Assembly: GCA_025594325.1 (NCBI GenBank)
Contig: JANHCV010000002.1
Coordinates: forward strand, 1,302,001 to 1,366,000
Direction of reading: 5' to 3'
Origin: Blastocladiella emersonii ATCC 22665
Taxonomy: Eukaryota; Fungi; Blastocladiomycota
DNA: 64,000 nt
The notes beneath the pieces are model-generated. The model did no database searches, was not told the DNA's origin, and worked only from the letters and a program-made list of their open reading frames with translations. The position numbers were made by a program, and so were the translations under genes. Positions within the stretch are counted from its first letter, which is position 1. Every line of letters begins with the position of its first letter. Of the stretch, positions 1 through 11,160 are shown one piece after another.

Positions 1-372
1 CGCCACGTCCCACTCGGTCCCGCGGGGCAGGGGTACGCGGGCCCGACGGTGCACGGCGCCGCGCCCGTGAACGTGCCGATCCCGGACCTCCCGCCGCTCC
101 TCGCGCAGCAGCCGATGCAGCAGCAGCAGCAGCAGACGCAGCAGCGCGCGTCCGTGATGCCCGGCGCCGTACCGATGCACCCTGCCGCCCAGCACCAGCA
201 GCAGCAGCAGCAGCAGCCGGAGGTCCAGCAGCAGCAGGGCCCCGCGCTCGCGTACCGGTCGGGCCCGCGGTCCAACGAGCCGCAGCTGGTGATCCCGTCG
301 CAGCCCGTGCCGCAGCAGGCGCAGGTCTACCACCAGGGCAACGGGCCCATGTCGCCCGGCTACGACGACTAG
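1..372 (+). CDS. 3' end of a gene entering from the left; Gln/Pro-rich low-complexity C-terminus
   Basis: Frame 1 is open from base 1 to TAG at 370-372; CAG-rich polyQ tracts; no recognisable domain in the visible part. Confidence 0.6.
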   Translation, partial: RHVPLGPAGQGYAGPTVHGAAPVNVPIPDLPPLLAQQPMQQQQQQTQQRASVMPGAVPMHPAAQHQQQQQQQPEVQQQQGPALAYRSGPRSNEPQLVIPSQPVPQQAQVYHQGNGPMSPGYDD

Positions 373-856
373 ATGGCGACGACGAGCGCGCATAGCTGAC
401 GCGCGCACGCCTCCCGCCTTGCCTTACTCATTGCACACACATGTTTCGCTTACTAAAAGGATCCGTAATACATTGTACACCCACTTCTTGCTCACTCATC
501 GCTTAGCTAAAGGAGGGGGAGCGGGGATCGGGCGCGGAGGTGGAGGCGACCCGCGCTCGCGTTCTCCATCGACCGCCGCGGGTCTCCGCACTTGCCTCTC
601 TCGCGCTCCTTACGCACTCGCATGAATTTCCTTGCCGGATATCACGCACGCGGATCTCACTGTATCCGTTGTGGGAGCGGCGACCATCGACTAGGCACGC
701 CGGCCGCGCGCGCACGATGCGAAGTGGACGCGAACGCGACCTTCCTCGCGCGTGTTGCGCCACGCCGCGTTCTCTCGAGTCCCCACCGGATGCCGTGCCG
801 CGCGCAGCTCACCGTATCCGTCGCGCGGAGAGCGGGTTCCGGTGCAGGGGCCAGGT

Positions 857-863
857 TATAAAA
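857..863 (+). promoter_or_regulatory. TATA box of the 2OG-Fe(II) oxygenase gene
   Basis: TATAAAA about 65 bp upstream of ATG 928 in otherwise very GC-rich DNA. Confidence 0.55.
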
Positions 864-927
864 GGCGCGGGCGGCCCGCCCTCCCTTCCATGGCCAGCAG
901 CGACTAGCAACCAACGCATCGACGACC

Positions 928-2190
928 ATGACCATCACCGCCACCAAGCCCCCGGCCTCGGCCTCGGCACTCCTCGACGTGCCCGTGTTCGACCAGATCC
1001 CGGTGCTCGACCTGTCGCCCTTCGCGGGCGTGCCGATCGGCAGCGAGGACCCGGCGACGCTGGCGGCCATGGGCGCGTTCCTGCGCGACGCGTGCACGAC
1101 GACGGGCTTCTTCCTGGTCACCAACCACGGGCTCCCCGAGTCGCAGCTCGACGCGACGTTTGCCGCGGCGCGCCGCATGTTCGCGCGCCCGCTCGCCGAC
1201 AAGCTGGCGACCAGCAGCGGGTCGGGCCGCGGGTATCTGCCGCTCGGCGGCGAGCTGCTCAACCCGGACAAGCAGGTCGACGGCGACGTCAAGGAGGTGT
1301 ACGGGCTCGGGCCCGACGGCGTCCCCTCGCCCTTTGTCCCGCCGCCCGAGGGCACCCCCGAGGTTGTGGCCACCATGGCCAAGACGATGCACGCGCCCAA
1401 CAAGTGGATCGCCGACGACCCGGCGTTCCGCGACACGGTGACGGGGTACTACGACGCGGTGTCGCGCGTCGCCGACCGCGTGCTGCGCGTCCTCGCCGTC
1501 GCCATGGGCCAGCGCGCGTCCTTCTTCCACGACGTCGGCGGCGACTACCCGTTCGGCCACCTGCGCCTCGCGCGGTACCCGGGCGTCCCCGCGGACGCGG
1601 TCTCAGAGGCGCGCATCGGGTGCGGCGCCCACGCCGACTTCGGGTGCATCACGGTGCTCGCCGCCGACGACGAGGGCCTGCAGGTGTACCTGACGCCCGA
1701 GGCGACGCGCAAGTACCTCCCCGCCACGCACCAGGTTGACCGCGACGCACCCGTGTCGGCGCACCACACGTCGCTCGAGTACGCGCACACGCGCGGCGGC
1801 GCGTGGGTCCGTGTCCCGCACGTCAAGGGCGCGTTCGTCGTCAACATCGCCGACATGGTCGCGCGCTGGACGAACAAGCGGTTCAAGTCGACGCTGCACC
1901 GCGTCGTCTACACGGCCGACGGCAAGGACCGCATCTCGCTGCCCATGTTCTACGACGTCGGGCTCGCCACCGAGGTCACCGTCCTGCCCGAGTTCCTCCC
2001 CGGCGGCAAGCTCGCGGACCCGAGCGAAACCAAGAACCATTTCCCCAAGACGGTCACCATGGCCGAGCACTTCCGCGACATGTTCTCCGTCTACCGCAAG
2101 GACATCAAGGCCGAGGACGAGGGCAAGGTCAAGGTCGGCATGAACGACGCGTCGGTGACCGCCACCACTCCCGTCGTGGCCGCCGAGTAG
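928..2190 (+). CDS. 2-oxoglutarate/Fe(II)-dependent dioxygenase (isopenicillin N synthase/DIOX_N family), intronless
   Basis: IPVLDLS and ACTTTGFFLVTNHG N-terminal DIOX motifs; HxD (GAHADFG), distal His (STLHRV) and RxS (RISLP) iron/2OG ligands. Confidence 0.9.
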   Translation: MTITATKPPASASALLDVPVFDQIPVLDLSPFAGVPIGSEDPATLAAMGAFLRDACTTTGFFLVTNHGLPESQLDATFAAARRMFARPLADKLATSSGSGRGYLPLGGELLNPDKQVDGDVKEVYGLGPDGVPSPFVPPPEGTPEVVATMAKTMHAPNKWIADDPAFRDTVTGYYDAVSRVADRVLRVLAVAMGQRASFFHDVGGDYPFGHLRLARYPGVPADAVSEARIGCGAHADFGCITVLAADDEGLQVYLTPEATRKYLPATHQVDRDAPVSAHHTSLEYAHTRGGAWVRVPHVKGAFVVNIADMVARWTNKRFKSTLHRVVYTADGKDRISLPMFYDVGLATEVTVLPEFLPGGKLADPSETKNHFPKTVTMAEHFRDMFSVYRKDIKAEDEGKVKVGMNDASVTATTPVVAAE

Positions 2191-2240
2191 AAGTTGAAGC
2201 ATATCTCTTTTGTTACTTGCTACCCTGTGAGTATACCTCG

Positions 2241-4793
2241 TTACTTCCACGCAAAATCGTCGCCCCACCCGCCCGAACTCGCGCTCGCACTCGGCTTCGC
2301 CGCCGGCGCCGCTGCCCCCGCGGCCGCGGGCGTCGGGACCAGCGACGGGAACGTGCCGAGCCCCGCCATCGGCGCTGGCGCGGCCGCTGCTGCTGGTTTC
2401 GCGGCCGGGATCTCGAACGCGCCCCACGCGTCGTCGGTGCCCCACCCGCCCGTCGTTGCTGCCGTGGTAGAGGAGAAGGGACCCGATGGTGGTGGCGCGA
2501 ACGCGCCGAACCCGCCACTGCTGCTCGTACCGCCGAGCGGCGCCGTCATGGACCGCGTCGCCGCAGCCGGAGTCGAGGACGACGACGACGAGGGTGCGGG
2601 CGGCGGAGTCGGCCACGTGAACCCGGCGCCGATCGACGCTGCTGGCTTGGCCGCCGCCGCCGCCGCCGCGGTCCCGTTGGTCGCCGTCGAGCCGAATGCG
2701 CCGAACGGCGCGGCGGCGGATAGCTTGGGTGAGCTGGACGAGGAGCCCGACCACGCGCCCGCTCCCGCCGTCGTCGAGGCAGTAGTGGATGGGAGCGCCT
2801 GCGAGAACGCGTCGCCCCAGCCGCCCCAGTCGCCGCCGTCGTCATCTGCAGACTTGCTCTGAGCGGCAGCGCCCGAGGTAATGGTCGACGTCGACTGCGC
2901 TGCCGAGGCAGACGCTGACGTGAGCCCGAGCGGTTTCGGTGTTGCCGCGTTGTTACCCGAAGATACGGACGACGCGGGCCCCCACCGTCCGGGCATCCCG
3001 AACGACGTGTTGCTTGCGCTCGTCGTCGCCATCCCCGTCGCAGGCGACGACGGGCCCGTCATTCCCGACGACGACCCAGCGTTCGCCGCGGTCGCGACGG
3101 CGACCGCCGCCTCGGCCTCAGCGGGGGGCGCGGCAGACTCGGGCATGGCGTTCGCCGCGTCGCGGACGACGGCGAGCATCGCCTCGACGAGCTGCAGCGC
3201 GAGGGCGCGGGCGGGTTTCTCCGAGTCGAGGAGCACGGGGCAGACCGCGGGGAGGAGGCGCGCGGCCATGTCGGGGGCGTTGAAGTACTCGAGGCACGCG
3301 ACGAGTCCGTTGAGGGCGGCGACGCGGGCGGGCGGGAACGCGTCAGCGAGGGCGCGCGTGAGGCCCGGGATCAGGACCTTGCTGCGCATCGAGGACGAGA
3401 GCGAGGGGGCGATTTTCGCGAGGCACACGGTGGCGTTGGTCCGGATGCCCGGTTCCGGGTCCGTCTGGGCCTTGCCGAGGTGCCGCAGCACGTCGCCGTT
3501 GAGCAGGCGCTCCGACATGCGAGGCGCCAGGAGGACCATGGACTTGATGGTGTGCTCGCGGATCACGGGCGTCGTGTCGGCGAACCCGATGGCCACGTGC
3601 GGGAACAGCTTGTCGACGAGCTTCTTGTCGAGGCGCGTGACAAAGAGCGGGAGCGACTCGAGCAGGGCGAGCCGGATGGCGCGGTCCGTCAGCGAGAAGA
3701 GCTTGATGAGCGACGGGTTGACGAGGACCTTGAACTCGTCGTCGGTCAGGTTGGCGGCGATCTTGAAGATGGGCGACAGCGTCTTGGGCGCCACGGTGCC
3801 GTACTCGAGCGCGTTGAGCAGGATCGGCAGCACCTTGTGCTTGCTGAACTGCACGGGGAACTCGTCGACGGCCACGGCGATGCGCTCGATCAGGTGGTTG
3901 CGCTCGCGCTCGTCCATGACCGCCATGTTCTCCATGGCCGAGCACACGGAGACCAGCGGCGACGACGCGAACACGGCGCACTGGATGAAGGCCACGGGAT
4001 CGGGCCGCTGCGCGGGTTCGTGGGCGAGGAACGTCGCCATGTACCGGTGCAGGTCGCCCGCGCCCGGCATGGTCGGCGGTACCGCGGCGCGGATCAGGGC
4101 GCCGAGCTGGTACCGGTCGTGCGCGAACGGCGACGTCTCGTTGAGCTTGGTCCCGCGCGCCTGCACCTCGGGCGGCACGTACGGCTGCGCGAGCAGGTGG
4201 CCGTGCGTGAACAGCGGGCCGTACGCGTCCGACGACGGCGTGACCAGCTCGAAGCCGCCGAGCTTCCACTCGCCGGCCTGCGTCACGAAAATGGACCGCG
4301 GCTGCAGGTTGCCGTGCATCACGTTGCAGTCCTTGTGCAGAAAGTGCAGCGCCGTCGCGATCTTGTACAGGCCGAGCTGCACGAGCCGGTGGTCCGCGTT
4401 CAGGTCGCACGCGACGACGCGGTCCGTCACGATGTACACGTTGCTGTCCGACTACAGACGCTGGGGGCGTCAGTGCCCAGGTAACAACCTTACACATCAC
4501 AGCAAGCGCACCATGTTCCCGTCAATGAACCTCAGGACCTCGGGATGCCGGATCGTGCGGAACCGCTTGAAGGCGTTCTGGGCGAGCGGCAGCAGCTCCT
4601 TGCGCGGGCCCGAGGCCTCAAAGTGGAAGACGGTGACGGGTGCGCCCGAGTCGCGCATGGTCGCGTCGTACAGCGTCCAGTGGCCGTGGTCGCCGGCCAC
4701 CTTGTCGCCCATGGCCACGTTGGGCAGGTCCTTGCCCGGGCCGACGACGCGCGACACGGTCGACCTGATGAAGCTCGAGACGAGGCTCGCCAT
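2241..4793 (-). CDS. SCY1-like pseudokinase with HEAT repeats (SCYL1/Cex1 family); intron 4452-4511
   Basis: ATG 4793; AFKRFRTIRHP, HGNLQPRSIFVTQAGEWKLGGFE pseudokinase motifs; HEAT region (DTTPVIREHTIKSM, DPEPGIRTNATVCLAKI); GTGCGC...TAG intron keeps frame; low-complexity WG-containing tail. Confidence 0.88.
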
Positions 4794-5037
4794 GGTGCGT
4801 TGCTGGTTTAGAGCGTGCCTCGCAGGGGCTACTACCGGGTTGCTTGGAGGAGCGGGAGGGCGGGCGGACACGTTGACGGTGGCGCGGCGACCCGAACGAG
4901 AGCAGCTGAGGCTGAGGCAACGTCACGTGCGTCGCTCGTTCGCGTCGCTCGGCGCGTCTCTCTCGCGGCCGCGCTCGCCGACCAAGTCAGATCGGGTTCA
5001 GCTCGTATATGCAGATCAATGCGACAAAGCTCGGTCA

Positions 5038-6415
5038 TCACGGCAGCAGGTGCGGCTTGTGGGTAGCAACCCACTTCTCGAGGTCGGCCCAGATATCGAG
5101 CACTAATGGGAGGTCGAGGTGGCGCTTGTTGCGGTGGACCGAGAAGACGCGCACGTTCCACGTGTTGACGTTGGCGGGCGTCTCCTCGTCGTGGTACTTG
5201 ACGTGGTACCCGCGCACGTTGGAGAAGAGGTCGACCGGGTTGGCCCACCGCCACCCGGTGAACTGCCACGCCATGCCGCCCGCGAACACGGCAATGACGC
5301 GGTCCCAGTCGGCGGGCGACGTGAGCCGGTCCGCCGAGTCGTACACGGTCACTTTCCACGCCTTCTTGCCGGGACCCTTGCGCACGATTTCGAGCGACGT
5401 CGGCTTGCCGTCCTTGGACGCGGCGCGCACCGACTCGGTCGTCTCGAACTTGGCGCCCTCGAGCAGCTGCTGCACGTTGAACATGCTGACCAGCGTGTTG
5501 AACCCGGGCGGGATCAGGATGATCGGGTCCGTGTCGCCGCCTGCGCCGCCCGCGCCCGCACCGCCGGTACGCCGCGCGAGACCCGTGCGTGCCGACAGGG
5601 ACTGCTTGCCGCGCGCCCCAGCGGCGGCGGCGGCAGCTGCGGCCGCGGGCGCCACGGGTTTCGGCGGCGCCTTGTTCCGGATGAACACGTCGTACGACAG
5701 CTTGGTCAGGTGCGTGAACACCTTGTTGCCGGGCGGCGTCAGGTACGTCGTGCGGTCGCGCAGCGTGTACTCGTTGCGCGCGATGCGCGCCGAGCGTTCT
5801 GCTTCGCTCTCCTATACGAGGGACGTGCGTGTCAGCGTGGCACTTGAACACGGCAGAAGCGGCGAAACGTACGTAAACGTCGTAACCAGCCGCCTGCGAC
5901 GCCGCGCCGCCGCCGACACCGCCGAGCGAGGTATCGGGCCCGAGCCCGACGAGATTGGACCCGCTCGCGAACCCGTTGGGTCCGTCCACGTCCATGGGGT
6001 CAGCGCCGTACGCGGCCCCACCATCTGCTGCTGCCGCCTCTGCCGCCGCGGCCGCTGCGGCCGCCGCGAGCAGACTGCACGTGGTCTTGGTGCCCTTGAG
6101 CCACTCGAGCAGCTCGGAGCGTTCCGGGACCGTGGTCGCCGTAGCCCCACCGCCGACCGTGATGGCGCCCATGAGGTAGCTGTTGAACTGCGCGTCGCGC
6201 ATCGCCCACGCGTACACGACGGACCGCAGCGTCAGCACGCCCTTGGTGCTGCGCAGCGGGACGGGTGTGTCGAGCGGCGTTGGTGGCGCGCCCTCGTCGA
6301 GAACGGCGTGCGTGGCCGTCGCGAGGTCGGCGGCGGGCGCGCCGGACGGCTCGGACCACAGCGGGACCGCGTCGCCGCGCGCCGTGATGCGCCGGATCGC
6401 GTCGAGCGTCTCCAT
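5038..6415 (-). CDS. CDC73: Paf1 complex subunit Cdc73/parafibromin; intron 5812-5872
   Basis: C-terminal DPIILIP, DWDRVIAVFAGGMAWQF, WNVRVFSVHRNKRHLD motifs; N-terminal YLMGAI...VPERSELLEWLKG; GTACGT...TAG intron joins in phase 0. Confidence 0.88.
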
Positions 6416-6702
6416 GGTGGTGTTCGGGGGCAGTTGCATGCACTGGCGGACGTCTTGCGTCGCCGTCGTCTCCTTCAAAAAGGGCGCGAGGCGAGCGAGC
6501 GAAGCGACGGAGCGGCCGCGGGGAGCACGGCGGGCTGCCACGCCCATCGGCGCGCTCTTTGCGTCAGCTGACGGACGCCGCCCTCGCCGTTGTGCGTGGT
6601 CGGTCGCGCCGGCCGCCGGCCGCCGACCCCCGCCTATACGCCGCGGCTGAGATTATCACGCCGGAATCCCGTCGCACCGCTTCCTGCAACGTAATCGCCA
6701 CC

Positions 6703-7032
6703 ATGCTCGCCAACGTCTTCCGCACCGCCATCGTATGTCGTGGCACTCGGGCCCATGACACCGAGCAGCTGCGACAGTTCGCTCACGCTGCGACCATGAC
6801 CGCCGTCTAGTCGTCGACCAAGGCCACCTACGTCGCCCCGTCGTCGGCGCTGTTCGCGCGCGACATCCTGGCCGACATCGCCGTGGCGGAGCTGCGCGCC
6901 TTCAAGCCCGCCGCCGCCGAGGTCACGGACCCCGTGCTGCTCAAGAAGTTCACGCCCCCGACCCCGCCGCCCACGGCCAAGGCCACCGAGGTCACCAAGG
7001 AGGAGCTCGAGGCCTACGCCAAGGGCAACTAA
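6703..7032 (+). CDS. ATP14: Mitochondrial F1Fo ATP synthase subunit h; intron 6733-6810
   Basis: MLANVFRTAI|SSTKATY...DILADIAVAELRAFKP...LLKKFTPPTPP...EELEAYAKGN* after splicing GTATGT...TAG; resembles the fungal subunit h pattern D..QDLYLRELKAYKP...F..P..P. Confidence 0.72.
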
Positions 7033-7226
7033 AGCGTCGTCCGACGTGTGTGTGTGTCTTGCTCCCCCCCCCCCACCATCCCTCTCTCCAACCCGCCCCC
7101 CGATTACGATGATACATATCTCTACCTCTCTACCCCGACCTGCGCGCGCTAATCCGATGAGGGCGAGAAGAAAGTCTAAGATACTATTGCTACACTTTTT
7201 GCTGCTGTTGCTGTTACTGCTGCTGC

Positions 7227-9749
7227 TCACGACTCGGCCCCCGTCGCCGCGGCCATGGCCAGCGACCCCTGCTGCTGCTCGGCAAACGACGACGACAGCG
7301 AGTCGAGCTCGCGGAGCGCGCGGTCGAGCTCGGCGTGGAACGGTTCCTTTGGCCGCGGCCCTGCTGATCCCGGCGCACCGCCGACATTGGGTGGACTCGT
7401 GTTACTCTCGCCCCGCGGCGGCGGTGGCGCCGACCCGACGACCTCGGGCGTCGGCGGCAGCTGCGCCGTGGGCGCCGACGCCATGAGCGCGGCCGCCGGG
7501 TGCCGCGGGAGCGTCGTGGCCGGCGGCGTGCCGGGCCCCGGCGGGATCATGAGCGCGCTGCCGTTGGCCGCCAGTGTCGCGGGGTCGAGGTAGAACTGCG
7601 GCCGCTTCGTCTGCGCAACCGCGGGAGGTGATGGCGGTGGCGGGAGACCAGGCGAGACCGCGCCCGCCATCGCAACCGCCGCTGCAGCCATAGCCGCGGC
7701 CGACCCATCGTCGTCGTGTCCCACCACGGGCGCGGCGTACACCATCTCGGACCCCTGGTTGCTCATATTGCTCGTGGCGCTGGCGCCGCTGGCGAGGACC
7801 ACGGTATCGGGCGGCGATGGCGGCTGGCCGGGCGGGAGGCTGCCGCGGCGGCGGAGCCCGCCGGCGCCCGCGAGCGCGGCGGCCATGGGCAGCAGCGGCG
7901 CGGACGGCGGGCCGAGCGGGACCCCCGCGGCCTGCGCGGCCACCGTGTCAATGACCACCGACTCGCGCGTGCGCCACCGCCGCTCGCGGACGACTTCGGA
8001 CTCGCTCTCGTACCCGCGGTCGTCGCCGCCGGTTGGGGTCGCGGGCAGCGCGTGTGAGGGGGCCGCGGTTGTGGGTGACGGGATCGCGGCGAGGCGCTGT
8101 GCGGTGCGTGATGGGGAAGGGACACCGCCGCCGTTCGGGACCACGGCGCGCGGCGGCTGGCTCGACATGCCGGGGACACGCGGCGGGGGTGGATCGTGCG
8201 TCGCTGCCGCGGCTGCTGGTGGCCGCGGCGACGGCGAGCTGGACGGCGACGGCGTAGCGGCCTGGTCGCTGCCGTGCACCGCGTGGAGCTTGCCGGGCTC
8301 GTCGGCGAGCATCTCGTCGTCGTCATCGTCTAGCCGGCCGCCTCCGCCGCCGACGGTGCGAAACGACCGCCCACTCGTCCCGGCGCCGCCCATGGACCGC
8401 GTGGGCATGCGCTCGCTGGCGGCGTGCGGGTACGCGTCGCGGCGCGGGAGGACGGGCGACGTGTTGAAGGCGAGGTCGGCCGCGTCCGAGAGCGAGCGGC
8501 GCTTGCGGCCCGAGGAGCCCGCGGATCGGCGCGATGCCGCGCGCCCGCTGGCGTTGTTGGCGGCGGACGTGGACGTGTTGAAGAAGCGCAGGTTGAACCA
8601 CCGCCGCTGCTCGCGCTCCTTGCTGTCCTTGTCCTTTTGCCGGCGCGACGACGACGAGGACGCCGCGGGCGCGTACTCGGACGGGAGCTGCGTCACGTCC
8701 GGCGCGCGGTCGCGCGACGGGAACTCCTCGGGCTGCGTCGCCGGGTGCTGGTTCCGGGACCGGCTGCGCCCGTGCGGCTGCGACTTGTACTGGCGCGCCG
8801 CGTCGGGCGCATCGGGCTGCTGCGGGTACTGCTGCGCGTACTGGTGCTGCGGGTGCGCGCCGGTTCGGTACGGGCGGTCGGACGCGGGGCCCTGCGGGTA
8901 CCCGTTGGGCCCGGGCTGTGGCGCCTGCTGCTGCTGGTGCTGCGGGTGGCCGCTGTACTGGTGGTCGCGGATGTAGTCGCCCGAGGGCCGCGCGACGCCC
9001 AGATTGCTCTGGGACGCCGTGGACCCGGGCGCGGCGTTGGTGCCGTTCCCGAGCAGGACCTGCGAGTGGAACGCCGGGTCGTGGGCGCGGTGCGCGCGCA
9101 TGTAGTCAAAGGGGAGGAACTCGGACTCAATGATGCGCATCTCGCGCGACTGCGAGCTCGGGTCCTTTTTGCGCGGCTTGGCGTGCAGCGGGTTCTCCTC
9201 GAGGAGGATCTCCTCGAGCTCGTAGCGGGCGTCGAAGTTGAGCTTGCGGTCGTCGGGGACAAAGGGCGGCTCGATCTCCTTTTGCTGCAGCAGGTCCCAG
9301 TCGATGCGCTTGAAGGCCGAGTGCGCCATGAGGTCGGCGTGACCCGCGCCCGCGATGCCGAGCCGCTCGCGCGGGTCGCGCTGCAGGAAGCCCTCGAGCA
9401 GCGACCGCATCCGGCGCGACATTTCCTCCGAGTAGGTGATGGGCTGCGTCTTGACCTTGTAGACGAGCTTGTCGACGCGCGACGCGGCGAAGGGGCGCTA
9501 CACGAAGGCGAGTCAGTCACGATGTCAAGGTTCCGCTGTTGGCGGGAGAAGGCGTACCTCGCCGTGGAGGCACTCCCACAAGACGATGCCGAGTGACCAC
9601 CAGTCGACGGCCTCCGAGTAGCCGACGTTGCCGTAGACCTCGGGGGCCATGTAGCCCTGGGTGCCCGTCTCGCTGGTGACCTTCTTGCCGGGCTCGAGGA
9701 TGGTGGCGCAGTTGAAGTCAGTCAGGTGGGCGTGGCCGTCGCCGTCGAG

Positions 9750-9781
<32 letters not shown>

Positions 9782-10328
9782 TGACGCGGCGCGAGTGCAG
9801 GTACATGAGGGCGGCGGCGAGCTCGGCAGCGTAGAAGACGGCCATGCGCTCGGTGAACTTGCCCATGCGGTTGATGTGGAAGCGCAGGTCGCCGCCGAGC
9901 ATGAGGTCGAGGACCATGAACTAGACGGTGCGATCCTTGGGGTGAGCGGGCGAGGTCGGAGAGGCGAAGCAGAGCGCGTACCATGTTCTCGTCGTCCTGG
10001 AAGGCGAAGCGCAGGTTGCAGATGGTCGGGAACGAAATGTTCTCGAGCAGGTTGCGCTCGCGGATGATGTTGCGGTAGGCGCGCTTCTTGATGCACTGGT
10101 CCTTGTTGATGTACTTGAGCGCGTACAGCTTCTTGGTGTCGCGCTTGACGACGACCTTGACCTTGCCGAAGGCGCCGCGGCCAATGGACCGGCCGAGCTT
10201 GAAGTGTCGCAAGTCGACTAGAGCGACAATGGTGTTAGGTTCCCCCGGCGTCGCGGCAGGATGATGGAGGAGATGGAGCAAGTACCCGGCGCATTGGCGT
10301 CGTAGTCGGAACTCCACTGGCCTCCCAT
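7227..10328 (-). CDS. AGC Ser/Thr kinase, STK32/YANK-like, with long disordered C-tail; introns 10218-10285, 9921-9981, 9498-9557
   Basis: IGRGAFGKV, YALKYINK, HRDIKPDNILLD, LTDFN, GTQGYMAPE, DWWSLG motifs and AGC C-terminal EPPFVP; three GT-AG introns restore frame; N-terminal MGGQWS. Confidence 0.88.
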
Positions 10329-11160
10329 GATGGTGGCGGGGGCGGGGGCGAGGCACGGAGCCGCTCAGACAGTTGATACAGGTGCTGACGATGGACGGCC
10401 GAGCAACGAGATTGCGGAAATGGGCGGCGGGTGCTGAGCAGGCAGCGTAATGGACAGCTGCTGCGCTCAACTCGGAGCAGCTCGGTTCGTCTCGTCTATG
10501 CGGCGGCGGCGGCAGCGGGTCCTCGCAGGGGACCGACGGCTGAGTGTGTGGGCAGCGTGCAACGGGTGCCGGTTGAAAGTGCAGGGAGAGAAGAAGAGAG
10601 CGAGCAGGTGGCGGGGGGTGGGTGGCACACGGGGGGCGAGCGAGCCTGGGCAAATGCGGCGTCGACTCCGCCACAGCGCGCAAGTAATTTCGGTTCCGGG
10701 GCCAACCTAGCACCGAGCTACGTTGTAGGGGTGCCGTTGCAACAAGTCGTATTCTCCGGGCAGAGGAGGGGCGCACTCCGTGAAAGCGGGGGCGGCGTCG
10801 GCAGCCTGGTCCGCAGCCGGCGCGGTCCCCCCACGCCGCGTCCAAAAATGGCGATCGGCGGGCGGCTGCCACGCGCATCATGGCGTCACCGCGGGCCGCG
10901 GGCCAGGCGTAGTCGCCGGCCGAATCGTTTCAGCACCTTGTCATCGCCTGCGCGGCCTATTCCCGGGCACGCCGGGGTGATCGGTGTGCTGATTGCACCG
11001 TCGAGATCGCGCAGCAACCGGTCAGGTGAACGCACCTGACGCGAGACGCGCTGCTGCTCAGCCTGCGCCACACTCGCACGCACGCTGGCCGACGCGATTT
11101 GCCGTTCGCTGATCGTGACGCACGCGCACACGCACGCACGACGATCGTGTACCCCAAAAC

